Part shown: one piece after another, positions 9,811-20,237 of the stretch
How the letters are laid out: every line of letters begins with the position of its first letter
How positions within the stretch are numbered: the first letter of the stretch is position 1
IMG/VR virus record: IMGVR_UViG_3300022072_000005
Strand: one strand, 5' to 3'
DNA from: an uncultured virus (IMG/VR IMGVR_UViG_3300022072_000005)
Taxonomy: Duplodnaviria; Heunggongvirae; Uroviricota; Caudoviricetes
Length of the DNA stretch: 64,000 nucleotides
Made by a program: the position numbers and the translations under genes
The notes under the pieces: model-generated
Told to the model about the DNA's origin: nothing
Databases searched by the model: none
The model's input: only the letters and a program-made list of their open reading frames with translations

Positions 9811-9960
9811 ATGAAGCGGTCTAAAAACTTAAAAATAACTCCTACAACTCACAAAATATTAAAAGATTATTGTGAAGAACATGGATTAAAAATGTTCGGC
9901 TTTGTTGAGAAAATAATTAAAGATACTTGTAAAAAACCAACTGACTTATACGGTGAATAA
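9811..9960 (+). CDS. ribbon-helix-helix (CopG/Arc-like) DNA-binding protein, 49 aa (not in ORF track)
   Basis: MKRSKNLKITPTTHKILKDYCEEHGLKMFGFVEKIIKDTC...: beta strand, helix, G turn, helix pattern; divergent from the sheath gene. Confidence 0.7.
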   Translation: MKRSKNLKITPTTHKILKDYCEEHGLKMFGFVEKIIKDTCKKPTDLYGE

Positions 9961-9985
9961 CCTCACTTATATAAATATGAAATAA

Positions 9986-11944
9986 TTATGGGTTATTTGG
10001 TTTGAGTTTTAATAATTCAGAATTAACATTAACTGAATGTTGAATATCATCACTTTTTGATGTGATATCAGATAATACTTTCCCAGCTGAATCTGTAGTA
10101 GTGTGACCACTTATAACGTTTTCATCCCAAACTGCATCCGAGATACTTTTATTTCTTTCTTCTATTGTTAGGGCTCCATTATCAGTTAATTTATAAATAC
10201 CACCTAACCTAACTTTACCACTAGTACAAGAACTATCTATCACGATTTGCCCTTGGTCGAATTCAAATGTGTTATCTTGTGCCCCCGTAATATTTATCAA
10301 TTTAACACCACCACCATATTTTCTAAATGCTATTGGTATATCTGAATTGTTAACATCCAATGTCACAGTACCCTGACCTGGTACACCACTAACACAATTA
10401 ATGAGATGTATATTTTGACCACCAACAATGTTATTTAATTGAATCGCTGGTGTAACGCCCACATCACCCCTAACTATACAATCCCTAAATATTGTTGGGA
10501 AAACTGTAGAACCAACATTCGATATGTTTTGCAAGGCACAACCGTCAATAAATAAATAACCACCAAACTCACCAGATACTATGGTATTTTTAATGGTGGT
10601 CCTATTGGTAGTATTACCTGATACAAACAATACAAAGCTATTTAAATTATTTTCACCAATTAATGTTATATCAGAGACATCTATATCTGTAAGAGATAGC
10701 GTACCTTCAAATAATATTTCATGTAACCCACGAGTATTTAATATTGTTAATGCATCAACTATATTATTAACTGGGTGCTGAATCGTTCCAAGGGGGAATT
10801 TAGTACCACTTTCGCTACTATTGGTATTTAGGGTGATATGACCATTGAATGCTGCTAATTGTAATTGGTCAGGAAAAATTACATGTGTCACATCTACCAA
10901 AGTAGTACCTGTTGAATTGTCCGTTACTTCGGCTATCCCAGTAATTCTAATATTACCGCCAGTAATCGTATTCTCTAGCGTAATATGCCCACCAGTGGCA
11001 ATATTAATCTCAACATTTTCAAGACCACTTTTATTTCTTAAATGGATATCACCAGAATAATTTCTGATAGCTAAACTATTTCCACCACCATTAAAATCAA
11101 TTGCAGGTGAATTCCCATCAAGAACCAACCCATCATTACAATCTATGAATGACGTAAGACCACTAAGACTACCTAAAGTAATTATACCCTCTAATATACA
11201 ACGTTGAAACGTCCCCTCAACGGTCTCGACATCGATGATATGTGAATCATTAAAGTTGGCTGAATTATCGAATACACCAGTAATTGTTGCGTTGAATAAA
11301 TTAATTTCACTTATTAATGCACCCGTATTAAACGTTAGAAAAGTTTTTTCTGCTGATTGACCAATAATAATATAACCCTCTAAATTATCTCCAGTATCAA
11401 AAGTATAATCACCCCTTACGTAAATTGTATTAAACCCCCTTAACTCGGCAATCAATACGGCATCAGGTACGTTATTAACAGGTAATTGCGGTGTACCTCT
11501 AGGGAAAACAGTTCCATTCGTTCCGTTAATAAAATCTAGTGTTACCCCACCGTTATATGAAGAAAATTCAATCGCTTGATTGGAAATAAGACCAGCAGCA
11601 TTCGCTGAACGAATAGAAACTTGATTTAAATTAACCACATCACCAAGATTACTATTTGCCCCAATTAAATTAACAGCATATTGACCATCTTCAAATGTCA
11701 TGGTATAACCATTAATAATTTCAATAACTCTAGCATATACAATACCACCCAATAATACCTCAGTATTATGTACATGGGTATTAGGGTACGCTATTCCATC
11801 TTCATTATCTTCTAAAGCCTTTAATGTTAACCTAAAATCGTTGATATTTAATTCTCTAATTTCAATCGGTGTTGTTTGCTTTAGAGTTAAATCAGCTTTA
11901 GGAATATTAATTACTCTAGTTGACCAAGTTATTGTTATTGCCAT
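9986..11944 (-). CDS. virion structural protein with two internal repeats, beta-helix-like
   Basis: GTVFPRGTPQLPVNNVPDA vs GTKFPLGTIQHPVNNIVDA duplication; Gly/Thr/Asn-rich; in the late cluster. Confidence 0.55.
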   Translation of the reverse strand: MAITITWSTRVINIPKADLTLKQTTPIEIRELNINDFRLTLKALEDNEDGIAYPNTHVHNTEVLLGGIVYARVIEIINGYTMTFEDGQYAVNLIGANSNLGDVVNLNQVSIRSANAAGLISNQAIEFSSYNGGVTLDFINGTNGTVFPRGTPQLPVNNVPDAVLIAELRGFNTIYVRGDYTFDTGDNLEGYIIIGQSAEKTFLTFNTGALISEINLFNATITGVFDNSANFNDSHIIDVETVEGTFQRCILEGIITLGSLSGLTSFIDCNDGLVLDGNSPAIDFNGGGNSLAIRNYSGDIHLRNKSGLENVEINIATGGHITLENTITGGNIRITGIAEVTDNSTGTTLVDVTHVIFPDQLQLAAFNGHITLNTNSSESGTKFPLGTIQHPVNNIVDALTILNTRGLHEILFEGTLSLTDIDVSDITLIGENNLNSFVLFVSGNTTNRTTIKNTIVSGEFGGYLFIDGCALQNISNVGSTVFPTIFRDCIVRGDVGVTPAIQLNNIVGGQNIHLINCVSGVPGQGTVTLDVNNSDIPIAFRKYGGGVKLINITGAQDNTFEFDQGQIVIDSSCTSGKVRLGGIYKLTDNGALTIEERNKSISDAVWDENVISGHTTTDSAGKVLSDITSKSDDIQHSVNVNSELLKLKPNNP

Positions 11945-11954
11945 TTACTTTTTA

Positions 11955-12296
11955 TTATTGTTTGAATTTTAATAATTCTTGTTCTAAATTTTGTATTCTA
12001 TTCCTATAATCTTCTTTCATATCATTATTGTTAGTTAATGCACCAATCATTAACTTTTGGTTAATGATATTAGTTTCAGTTAAGGATGTTATAGATTCCT
12101 TTAACTTAATAATCTCGTTTGTTAAATCGACTTCTTTAACTTCTAATTTTTCAATCGCTAATATTGCAGTTTTTTGTAAATTTCTAAGTACGATATGCTT
12201 ATACCTTAATTCTTCAATATCCAATAATAAATCATCTTTGATATCATCTTCGATATGTTCTGATTTAATTAAATGTTCCATATTTTTATCTTCCAT
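11955..12296 (-). CDS. coiled-coil hypothetical protein
   Basis: ORF track; Leu/Glu/Lys heptad pattern. Confidence 0.6.
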   Translation of the reverse strand: MEDKNMEHLIKSEHIEDDIKDDLLLDIEELRYKHIVLRNLQKTAILAIEKLEVKEVDLTNEIIKLKESITSLTETNIINQKLMIGALTNNNDMKEDYRNRIQNLEQELLKFKQ

Positions 12297-12310
12297 AATT
12301 TTTTAATTTT

Positions 12311-14140
12311 TTACTCATCAGGAATCATTTGAACATTTAGGTTCAACCCTGATATATTATCTATTGTAGCACTTATTGGTGACGTTTTATATAAATCACC
12401 CGTTGTTGCTCTTCTTACCCTACCTCTAATGGGTTGAGACGAAGCTATTGACCTAGTATCTGTTATCACACCAGAAGCGTTAGTAACCCCATCTACAAAT
12501 ATAGTGGTAGATGTGATTGTCCCAACTGCTGGAGATGTTGGACTACCAGATGTTGTGTATGTATAAGCATTTACCGTTGTGACCGTAATCGTTTTAATTC
12601 CGTTATATTCATCTAAGGTAGCACCTATTATATTAACTTTATCACCAGTTGTTAAACCATGTGCTGTATGTGTTACTGTTGCTGTTGTAGCCGCATTGGT
12701 GATTGTCACACTTTCTCGATAATTCTCTGAACCACCAGAAAAAGCTCCGACAGCCACTCTAGCTGCATTAACTGCCAATCCAGTTGAAATATCTGTTACA
12801 GTTATTGTTGTTGTAACTTGCCCCGCAACCACATTTACAGTCGCCCCAGCAGTTCTAATTGATGGTATAGTATATCCAGCTCCAACATTAATAGTTAATG
12901 TACCAGAACCCACGTTTACGTATATCGCTTCATTTCCTGTTGAACTTGTAGAAGCTGGCGAAGCTGAAACTCCAACCACATAACCTTCTAATGTATTATC
13001 CCAATCCATTGTACCATCACCAACAGTATTCAATTCTACAGCGTGATTAGAACCATCACTAATAAATGAACAATCGGTAATTAGCCCTAAATCGGTTGAT
13101 AATACTGACGCAGATGCAGTACAATTATCGAAAGTTGACTGGTCTATTGTTGACCCACCTTGGGTAACTAACTCACATCTAATAAATGATACGTTATTAA
13201 TTACCGCATTAGATTGAAATATAAAAGTACTCATATCAGTAAAAGTGCAAGTGTCAACAGTAAATCCAGCGTTATCAATCATTTCAAACTCACCTTTAGA
13301 ACGAGTACCTAAAGCTGATATATTTATGGATTCCCATAATACATTTGATGATGCGTTATTAACTTCTATTCTATTAAATGAAGTTGAAACCATTTCGGTA
13401 TCTTCAATATTTATTACAACGTTGGAATCTCTCATATCTACCAAAGTACCTGACAACCCTAAACTCATCAACCCTTTCCATAAATATGAACCACCTACAT
13501 CTTGAAACAATCCCCAACGCCCAGTTGTTGGATTATCATTTACTACCGCCATTTCATCGAAAGTTGCATACCCATTTGCCAAATCTCCGTTGGTAAATCG
13601 TACTTCACCCCTACCATATCTGATTATATCTATTGTATATGAGTTACCCTTTGCTGGTGATTGTGTTGGGCAGTTAACACCCACACCAATGGTATTATAT
13701 GTTGTGTTTGGTGAACCCTGTGTTTGAGTCGCTAATCCCGTTTCTGTTGGGTCTACTACAAAGTTTAACCAACCACCATATGCATAAGTCCCTGAACCAC
13801 CCACGTACCATCCTCTGTAATTTGCACTCGTATTACCAACCAACATTCGTAAACCACCTTGTGCTTTTGTACCCAATGCGTTTGGTGCGAACCATTTAAA
13901 CCACACAAAATAACAAGTTTCACCAGCAGTCCAAGTTGGTTGTGTTCCCGTATAAACCAAAGCACCTAAACCTGATTTTCTCATAGCCTCGGATACACAC
14001 ACAGTACCGTAAATTGCTAAATCCGAATCAACTTCACCAGAACCATTTAATTGTAGCATTCCAGTTGGTTCGACTATACCCGTTACGGTTGTCATATCTT
14101 TATATGTCAACAAATCTGTTGCGTATACTGCTGCTGCCAT
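12311..14140 (-). CDS. virion structural protein with beta-helix region and FCCH-like beta-barrel
   Basis: CTF/CSF beta-helix-like repeats; TATVTHTAHGLTTGDKVNIIG..YNG motif typical of phage tail FCCH-like domains. Confidence 0.55.
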   Translation of the reverse strand: MAAAVYATDLLTYKDMTTVTGIVEPTGMLQLNGSGEVDSDLAIYGTVCVSEAMRKSGLGALVYTGTQPTWTAGETCYFVWFKWFAPNALGTKAQGGLRMLVGNTSANYRGWYVGGSGTYAYGGWLNFVVDPTETGLATQTQGSPNTTYNTIGVGVNCPTQSPAKGNSYTIDIIRYGRGEVRFTNGDLANGYATFDEMAVVNDNPTTGRWGLFQDVGGSYLWKGLMSLGLSGTLVDMRDSNVVINIEDTEMVSTSFNRIEVNNASSNVLWESINISALGTRSKGEFEMIDNAGFTVDTCTFTDMSTFIFQSNAVINNVSFIRCELVTQGGSTIDQSTFDNCTASASVLSTDLGLITDCSFISDGSNHAVELNTVGDGTMDWDNTLEGYVVGVSASPASTSSTGNEAIYVNVGSGTLTINVGAGYTIPSIRTAGATVNVVAGQVTTTITVTDISTGLAVNAARVAVGAFSGGSENYRESVTITNAATTATVTHTAHGLTTGDKVNIIGATLDEYNGIKTITVTTVNAYTYTTSGSPTSPAVGTITSTTIFVDGVTNASGVITDTRSIASSQPIRGRVRRATTGDLYKTSPISATIDNISGLNLNVQMIPDE

Positions 14141-14598
14141 TAGTTAACTTTATTATATTCGTTCATTATTATTTTTTCTATGATTTCCTTTTTATGACCT
14201 TCAGCTAAAAAGTATTCATTTGGTGTATTTGTAAAAGATGAAATTACTACCGATATACCACTTTCATTCAAACTCTTAATGTATTGACTTACAATTGGAG
14301 TTTTACAAGAACCTATATCTTTTGGTAATTCAATCCCAAAATATATTTTAGTGGTTACTTTTTCAAAAGTCACCCTACATTCGTTAGGTCGTAAACTTAT
14401 ATCCATATCATCTGAGTCTAAATATAGACAATTAAAATTTCTACAAGAATTAGGTCTACTATTATAAATACCACAACCTTTACTTAAGATACAATCACCA
14501 CACATAACACTCGCTGGTTTATTTATCTCTGGTATTGGTAATAACTCACAACATAACGTGCAATCCCCACATTCTTTACTTTTATTTGATTTTTCCAT
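14140..14598 (-). CDS. YkgJ/FliB-like cysteine-cluster protein (CxxCxxCC)
   Basis: CGDCTLCC ... C..C...GCGIYNSRPNSCRNFNC. Confidence 0.75.
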   Translation of the reverse strand: MEKSNKSKECGDCTLCCELLPIPEINKPASVMCGDCILSKGCGIYNSRPNSCRNFNCLYLDSDDMDISLRPNECRVTFEKVTTKIYFGIELPKDIGSCKTPIVSQYIKSLNESGISVVISSFTNTPNEYFLAEGHKKEIIEKIIMNEYNKVN

Positions 14599-14605
14599 AA
14601 AAAAA

Positions 14606-14644
14606 TATCCTTATCTTATTAATAAATATAATAAGATAAGGATA
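14606..14644 (-). terminator. hairpin whose loop contains the TATTTAT motif
   Basis: TATCCTTATCTTATT-aataaatat-AATAAGATAAGGATA inverted repeat. Confidence 0.5.
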
Positions 14645-14673
14645 ATTGTAAAGTATTTTAATTTAATCTCTAA

Positions 14674-16350
14674 TTACTCATCCGTAATCCTAGAAGCTAC
14701 CGTTGAACCACCCGCAGCACCCAAAGTACCCGCTGATTCAAACGTTTTAATTGGCGTTACCTTACCATCTCTAACTCTAACAAATAAATCTCTTGGAGCA
14801 TCGAATACCGTTGTGAAGGATTCAGAGGTCGCAGCAACATCTTTATCAATATATGATACATATGCATTAGCACCGTTAGTTACGTCATCAGGAAGTGTCC
14901 CAGTCAATGTAAATGTTGAACCTGCATATGAAGTATATGGTATTCTATTATAAACACCTAAATCACCTAATACTCTGATAGTACCAATAGCTGGAGTATC
15001 AATAGGGATTGAAGCTTGCATAACAATTGTACCAGCTCCAGAAGAAGCAGCAGTTGAAGCCATTTGGTCTATTTGAAGTACACCACCACTTCTTGGTCCT
15101 ACCAAGATTCTATCTTCAGCTATTTCAAGACTTGAAACAGTAAATGTAACGTTGTTAGGTGGAATTTGTGTACTACCTGATAAATCTTGAATTGTATCAG
15201 TCGCTACTAAATCTCCATCATCAACACCCACACCAAATGCACCAATAAGTGAACCTGTATATGAACCTAAGAAAGTCTTAGGAACCGTTTTAGCTGCGGT
15301 TGTACTTGAAATTGCCGTTGCTGTTGATGTTACACCTGAAATTGATTCAGTAGATGGAAGTATACCAGTTAAAAGTTGTACCCACATAATTGTACCACTA
15401 GTCGTACTATCAATTGCTAATAAGTTTGCAGTACCTGTAGCCCATCCAACCACTTCTGGTTCTTGCCATATTCCTGTTACTGTGTTTATAAGGATTTCGT
15501 GAGTTACACCTAAGAATAATTCACCTGGTTGTCCATAAAGAGTTTCAGTAGTTCCATTACCAGAAGAGTATTTAATATATTCCCAAAGTCCTTTAAGCCC
15601 ATCACCTGAAGTGTCAGCACCATAAGTCCATAATGAGTAATAAGGTTGGTCACCCGCACCGTTATTTAAATCAATAAGGTTGTAACCTTCGTTTAAGTTT
15701 GTTGTGTGTGTATAACCTGTTACACCTGAATAAGCAGTTGTATTTTGTGCATCTGGTGTTGTACCTAGGGCAGCCACCGACTCACCTTGTCCAAGTGTCA
15801 CGTTGAAGAAATCATAAGTATCTCCCCAATGTCTCGCTTGCACTCTAATTCTTTTACCATCAATATCACTACCACCAGTTCTTGATTTAATTAAACAACG
15901 GAATAAGATACCCGATGGGGCATCACCATTAAAACCACCAGTTGATTGGTCACCCCAGAAAGGAGCTGTATCAGTAGTGGTAAATTGGTATAAATCGTTA
16001 TTTTGGATTACCATTATTTGTGTATTGATGTTATTTACAGCACCTAACACTCTTAATCCTGAATATAATTCAGCACCAGAAGCTTGAGAAATAGAACCAT
16101 CAAATAAATGTTCGCCCATCGTATCATCGATGTTATAATTTCCAAGAAGTGTGATAATATTATCCGTACTTCTATCAGAAGGTGTATCACTTGTGATATC
16201 CACAAAATCATCGTTTATTGAAGAAGCATCATCCGCTAATGCGCCTAAAAATCTGTGTAACTCAAGTACTGTGTAATTTGTAGTCGCACCACCCGTCCAT
16301 CTAATGTCACCATTTGATGCAATCGATACGTCCGTGTCTAATATTGCCAT
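14674..16350 (-). CDS. virion structural protein (558 aa)
   Basis: Gly/Thr/Ser/Asp-rich beta protein with TATTTAT motif upstream. Confidence 0.55.
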   Translation of the reverse strand: MAILDTDVSIASNGDIRWTGGATTNYTVLELHRFLGALADDASSINDDFVDITSDTPSDRSTDNIITLLGNYNIDDTMGEHLFDGSISQASGAELYSGLRVLGAVNNINTQIMVIQNNDLYQFTTTDTAPFWGDQSTGGFNGDAPSGILFRCLIKSRTGGSDIDGKRIRVQARHWGDTYDFFNVTLGQGESVAALGTTPDAQNTTAYSGVTGYTHTTNLNEGYNLIDLNNGAGDQPYYSLWTYGADTSGDGLKGLWEYIKYSSGNGTTETLYGQPGELFLGVTHEILINTVTGIWQEPEVVGWATGTANLLAIDSTTSGTIMWVQLLTGILPSTESISGVTSTATAISSTTAAKTVPKTFLGSYTGSLIGAFGVGVDDGDLVATDTIQDLSGSTQIPPNNVTFTVSSLEIAEDRILVGPRSGGVLQIDQMASTAASSGAGTIVMQASIPIDTPAIGTIRVLGDLGVYNRIPYTSYAGSTFTLTGTLPDDVTNGANAYVSYIDKDVAATSESFTTVFDAPRDLFVRVRDGKVTPIKTFESAGTLGAAGGSTVASRITDE

Positions 16351-16407
16351 GTTTTAATTGTTTTTAATTTTTACTTTTTTATGTTTATTATAAATATGTA
16401 ATATTTA

Positions 16408-17778
16408 TTAAAAATACAAATAACTTAACCTATTTGACCATAATTTATCTAACGTCTCTTCTCCATTTGACCAAAATGCTGTATATGTGGACCCAGAAAT
16501 AGTGTCCATTTTTCTTATCTTACAAGCATTAATTTCACCATAACCAATGTAAGTTGTAGTGCCAGAGGTTTCACATGAAAATGTTATTGGTCCACCAATA
16601 AAATACCTATCATCTAAATTTACTTGAACGGTACCACCTGATAATCTATTAAATTCTAATACACCATCAGATGTATTAAAGGTAGCCCCAGTTAAATAAT
16701 CATCAGTATTAGCACTTGTATCACCTGATAACGCATATCTATTATCTAAATTATAAACAACAGTACCACCTGATAACATAGTCAAAGTTACATCACCAGT
16801 AGTTATATTAAAATCACCACTAGTTACATAATCATCGGTATTTGTACTTGTATCACCTGATAAAGTATATCTATTATCTAAATCAACTTGAACTGTCGAA
16901 CCTGAAATTCTAGTCAATTCAAGAATACCGTTTAAGGCATTAAATGATGCTGAAGTTACATAATCATCGGTATTTGTACTTGTATCACCTGATAAAGCAT
17001 ATCTATTATCTAAATCAACTTGAACTGTTGAACCTGATAATAAATTTAAACTCAATACCCCATCATTTGGGTTAAATGTGGCTCCAGTTAAATAATCGTT
17101 ATTATTAGTGTCTGTAAATCCTGTTATAAAACCTGTGTCATTATTTAATGATGATAAGTCATGTGTATGTCCTGTTAGGCTATATCTATCATCTAAATCT
17201 ACGTTAAATGTACCGCCAGATAATCTAGTGAATTCTAATAACCCATTTGAAGTGTTAAAAGAAACCCCTGTAACATAATCATCGGTGTTTGTACTTGTAT
17301 CACCTGATAAAGCATATCTACCATCTAAATCTTCGGTTATTGTATCACCTGATAACGTTGTTAATGCCAACACTCCTGTTGCAGTATTAAATGTCATTCC
17401 CGTAACTACGTCACTAGAATCATTTGAATTATCGGTGAAATTAGTGGTTAATATATTACCGTCTCTTTGTTGAAGAGTAATTGTTTTTGTGTTAGTACCA
17501 CTTACAGTTATACCAGTAATTGAGTCGTCATAAGCTATATCCCAATTAATTGAATTATCTGTGAATCCAGTTATTTCAGATATATTATGTGTGTGACCTG
17601 TTAAAGTGTATCTACCATCTAAAGGTACGTTAATTGTATTTCCAGAAACAGTTTCTAAAATTAAGTCACCAGACCCAGTATTAAATGTAGCACCTGTTAT
17701 GAACTCAACTGTTGTCCCAGTTGTACCACCACTAATTAATACAGTCTCAAATACAAATGTCTTATTAATATTACTCAT
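16408..17778 (-). CDS. fibre-like repeat protein (DDY..TFN..G..LDxRY repeats)
   Basis: About eight ~44-aa repeats of the same family as 38106..49655. Confidence 0.7.
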   Translation of the reverse strand: MSNINKTFVFETVLISGGTTGTTVEFITGATFNTGSGDLILETVSGNTINVPLDGRYTLTGHTHNISEITGFTDNSINWDIAYDDSITGITVSGTNTKTITLQQRDGNILTTNFTDNSNDSSDVVTGMTFNTATGVLALTTLSGDTITEDLDGRYALSGDTSTNTDDYVTGVSFNTSNGLLEFTRLSGGTFNVDLDDRYSLTGHTHDLSSLNNDTGFITGFTDTNNNDYLTGATFNPNDGVLSLNLLSGSTVQVDLDNRYALSGDTSTNTDDYVTSASFNALNGILELTRISGSTVQVDLDNRYTLSGDTSTNTDDYVTSGDFNITTGDVTLTMLSGGTVVYNLDNRYALSGDTSANTDDYLTGATFNTSDGVLEFNRLSGGTVQVNLDDRYFIGGPITFSCETSGTTTYIGYGEINACKIRKMDTISGSTYTAFWSNGEETLDKLWSNRLSYLYF

Positions 17779-18809
17779 TATTTAACTAATCCTTTAATTT
17801 CAAATTTAGCTTCTTTTGTATCATCTCTATCAACAGTTAACACCATTTCTTCATTAGCTGAGATGTTAAATGGAAATGTTTGTTGGATACCATTAATTGC
17901 TATATTTACATTTGTGACATTTATCACATAATTTATTGATGTTATAAGTGCGTCATATGCACAATTAATAATAAACTCATCAGTAAAATGATTCGCTTTT
18001 ATAATCACATTTAAAGATATCTCATCAATATCTTTAAATGACCTAATAACCACTTTAGGTTTAATTACTTTATCTATTATTTCAGTAAATATGATAGCTC
18101 TATTAATTGTTGGAACGAATTCATAATCATCTTCATCTAAAATATATCCCAATACTTTCATTTCGAAATTTTGAACGTAAAACCTTCTTCTATCAAAATC
18201 GTTTATTTGACTTTCATCACCAATTTTTTCTAAATGAATAGGCATTGGATGTCCATTCACATTGATATAGTATTGCCTTGATTGAAATGTTAATTGAGAC
18301 TTTCGATTAAACATATTCAAATCTTTCATTCTATTACAAAAGAATCTAACTTCATATGTAACGTCAACTGACGTAGGTTGTGGAATTTTATATAAATCAC
18401 CACCCTTACGACCCCCGTTAAAAGTAGGTACTTTCATATATGTATATAACTTATTACCTGGTATATTCCATATACCAGCTTGGTTAGTACCAACTTGGAT
18501 GTCAGGTTTTCTGACTATAGTAATGAAGGGTATTTTAACATTTTTAAATTTATCTGAAGTATCCCATAATTTAGAAAATTCAGCCCACCTTTGAATTGTT
18601 AGAAAAATGACTGGGACTTTCACTCCATTAACCTCTATTTCTAAAATATCATCAACAAATTCAATAAAAGTCTTGTCAATATCCTCATAATAGATACTTT
18701 TTGGTAAATAACTTCCTTTATAATCTATATCATCAAGATAATCTTGTCTCTTTTCAGGTCCAACATTCTGATTTATAAATTTTACATTTTTTTTATATCC
18801 TTGTGACAT
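17778..18809 (-). CDS. tail completion / sheath stabiliser-like protein, paralogue 2 with C-terminal extension
   Basis: First ~240 aa paralogous to 18816..19559; IPQPTSVDVTYEVRFFC..MKDLN resembles T4 gp15-type proteins; follows the head-closure gene. Confidence 0.55.
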   Translation of the reverse strand: MSQGYKKNVKFINQNVGPEKRQDYLDDIDYKGSYLPKSIYYEDIDKTFIEFVDDILEIEVNGVKVPVIFLTIQRWAEFSKLWDTSDKFKNVKIPFITIVRKPDIQVGTNQAGIWNIPGNKLYTYMKVPTFNGGRKGGDLYKIPQPTSVDVTYEVRFFCNRMKDLNMFNRKSQLTFQSRQYYINVNGHPMPIHLEKIGDESQINDFDRRRFYVQNFEMKVLGYILDEDDYEFVPTINRAIIFTEIIDKVIKPKVVIRSFKDIDEISLNVIIKANHFTDEFIINCAYDALITSINYVINVTNVNIAINGIQQTFPFNISANEEMVLTVDRDDTKEAKFEIKGLVK

Positions 18810-18815
18810 ACAATA

Positions 18816-19559
18816 TTATTCTTCTTTAAACTTAACATTACCTCTATTAATTGTTGGAATGTGTTCATAATCATTTTCATCTAAAATATATCCCAACACT
18901 TTCATTTCGAAATTTTGAACATAAAACCTTCTTCTATCAAAATCGTTTATTTGACTTTCATCACCAATACTTTCTAAATGAATAGGCATTGGATGTCCAT
19001 TCACATTAATATAAAATTGTCTGGAATTGAAAGTAGTTTGAACCACTTTATGTAATTTATTTAAATCTTTCATTCTATTACAAAAGAATCTAACTTCATA
19101 TGTAACATCAACTGATGTAGGTTGTGGTATTTTATAAGTGTCCATACCTTTACGACCATCGATGAACGTAGGTACTTTCATATATGTATATAATTGCTTA
19201 CCAGGTATATTCCATATACCAGCTTGGTTAGTACCAACTTGAATATCAGGTTTTCTAACTATAGTAATGAAGGGCATTTTAGTATTTTTAAATTTATCTG
19301 AAAAAGTCCATGTTTTAGAAAATTCAGCCCACCTTTGAATTGTTAGAAAAAGAACTGGGACTGATTCACCATCGATAGATATTATCATCTCTTTATCAAC
19401 AAATTCAATAAAAGTTCTATCAATATCCTCATAACCAACACTTTTTGGTAAATAACTCCCTTTATAATCTATATCATCAAGATAATCTTGTCTCTTTTCA
19501 GGTCCAACATTCTGATTTATAAATTTTACTTTCTTAATAAAACCTTTAGGTAATCCCAT
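18816..19559 (-). CDS. tail completion / sheath stabiliser-like protein, paralogue 1
   Basis: Same motifs and position as paralogue 2. Confidence 0.55.
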   Translation of the reverse strand: MGLPKGFIKKVKFINQNVGPEKRQDYLDDIDYKGSYLPKSVGYEDIDRTFIEFVDKEMIISIDGESVPVLFLTIQRWAEFSKTWTFSDKFKNTKMPFITIVRKPDIQVGTNQAGIWNIPGKQLYTYMKVPTFIDGRKGMDTYKIPQPTSVDVTYEVRFFCNRMKDLNKLHKVVQTTFNSRQFYINVNGHPMPIHLESIGDESQINDFDRRRFYVQNFEMKVLGYILDENDYEHIPTINRGNVKFKEE

Positions 19560-19589
19560 AATATAATTTTAATTTTTATAATTTAACTC

Positions 19590-20111
19590 TTAAATCCCGT
19601 TAAATTCATCTTCGTTAGCAATTGTGCAATTTATTATTCTATAAGCACCCTTGTAACCTATTATTGTATGTGCATTATCATAGTTTTTTTCGCCAGCATC
19701 AGTCACGTTATAGTAAACAACATCGGTTTCATTAATATAATAGCCAACATAATCACCAAGCGAAACATCAACTCTAAGTTCATTTAAATGTTGAGAATAA
19801 ACAATAAATTTTAAATTACCATCTTCTAAATAACGCATTGAACTTGAATTATAAGTTTTATTTTCAGCCTTTTCAATAATTGGCATAACATACAACTCAA
19901 TTGGTGGTAGGAAGTTTATTTCACTAGCACTAGCTTCATTATAAATATCATCGGATTGCGTAGTTTCTCTATCAATTCTATATAATATAACGGTAAAATT
20001 ACCATCACCTTCTATGGCTTCACGACCCATTTGTATTTCTAAATCATAATCCCTACTAGAAAAGAATTTATTTATTCTTTTAATTGGTATTCTCCTTTTA
20101 TTTGACTCCAT
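19590..20111 (-). CDS. neck / head-closure protein (T4 gp14-like)
   Basis: VILYRID...DDIYNEA...GNLKFIVY..HL.EL..D.SLGDY; position next to tail-completion genes. Confidence 0.55.
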   Translation of the reverse strand: MESNKRRIPIKRINKFFSSRDYDLEIQMGREAIEGDGNFTVILYRIDRETTQSDDIYNEASASEINFLPPIELYVMPIIEKAENKTYNSSSMRYLEDGNLKFIVYSQHLNELRVDVSLGDYVGYYINETDVVYYNVTDAGEKNYDNAHTIIGYKGAYRIINCTIANEDEFNGI

Positions 20112-20166
20112 ATTAATTAACTATATAATGATAAATATTTAATAATCACTAAATAGTTCTAAGCTA

Positions 20167-20197
20167 TTCACTTTTTCATGAAAATAAAGTATATTAA
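20167..20197 (+). promoter_or_regulatory. candidate host-RNAP promoter for helicase operon
   Basis: TTCACT-N17-TATATT about 40 nt upstream of the TTG start. Confidence 0.4.
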
Positions 20198-20237
20198 CAA
20201 TATAATATATTGTTAAAGTTCAAAAAAATATACCATT

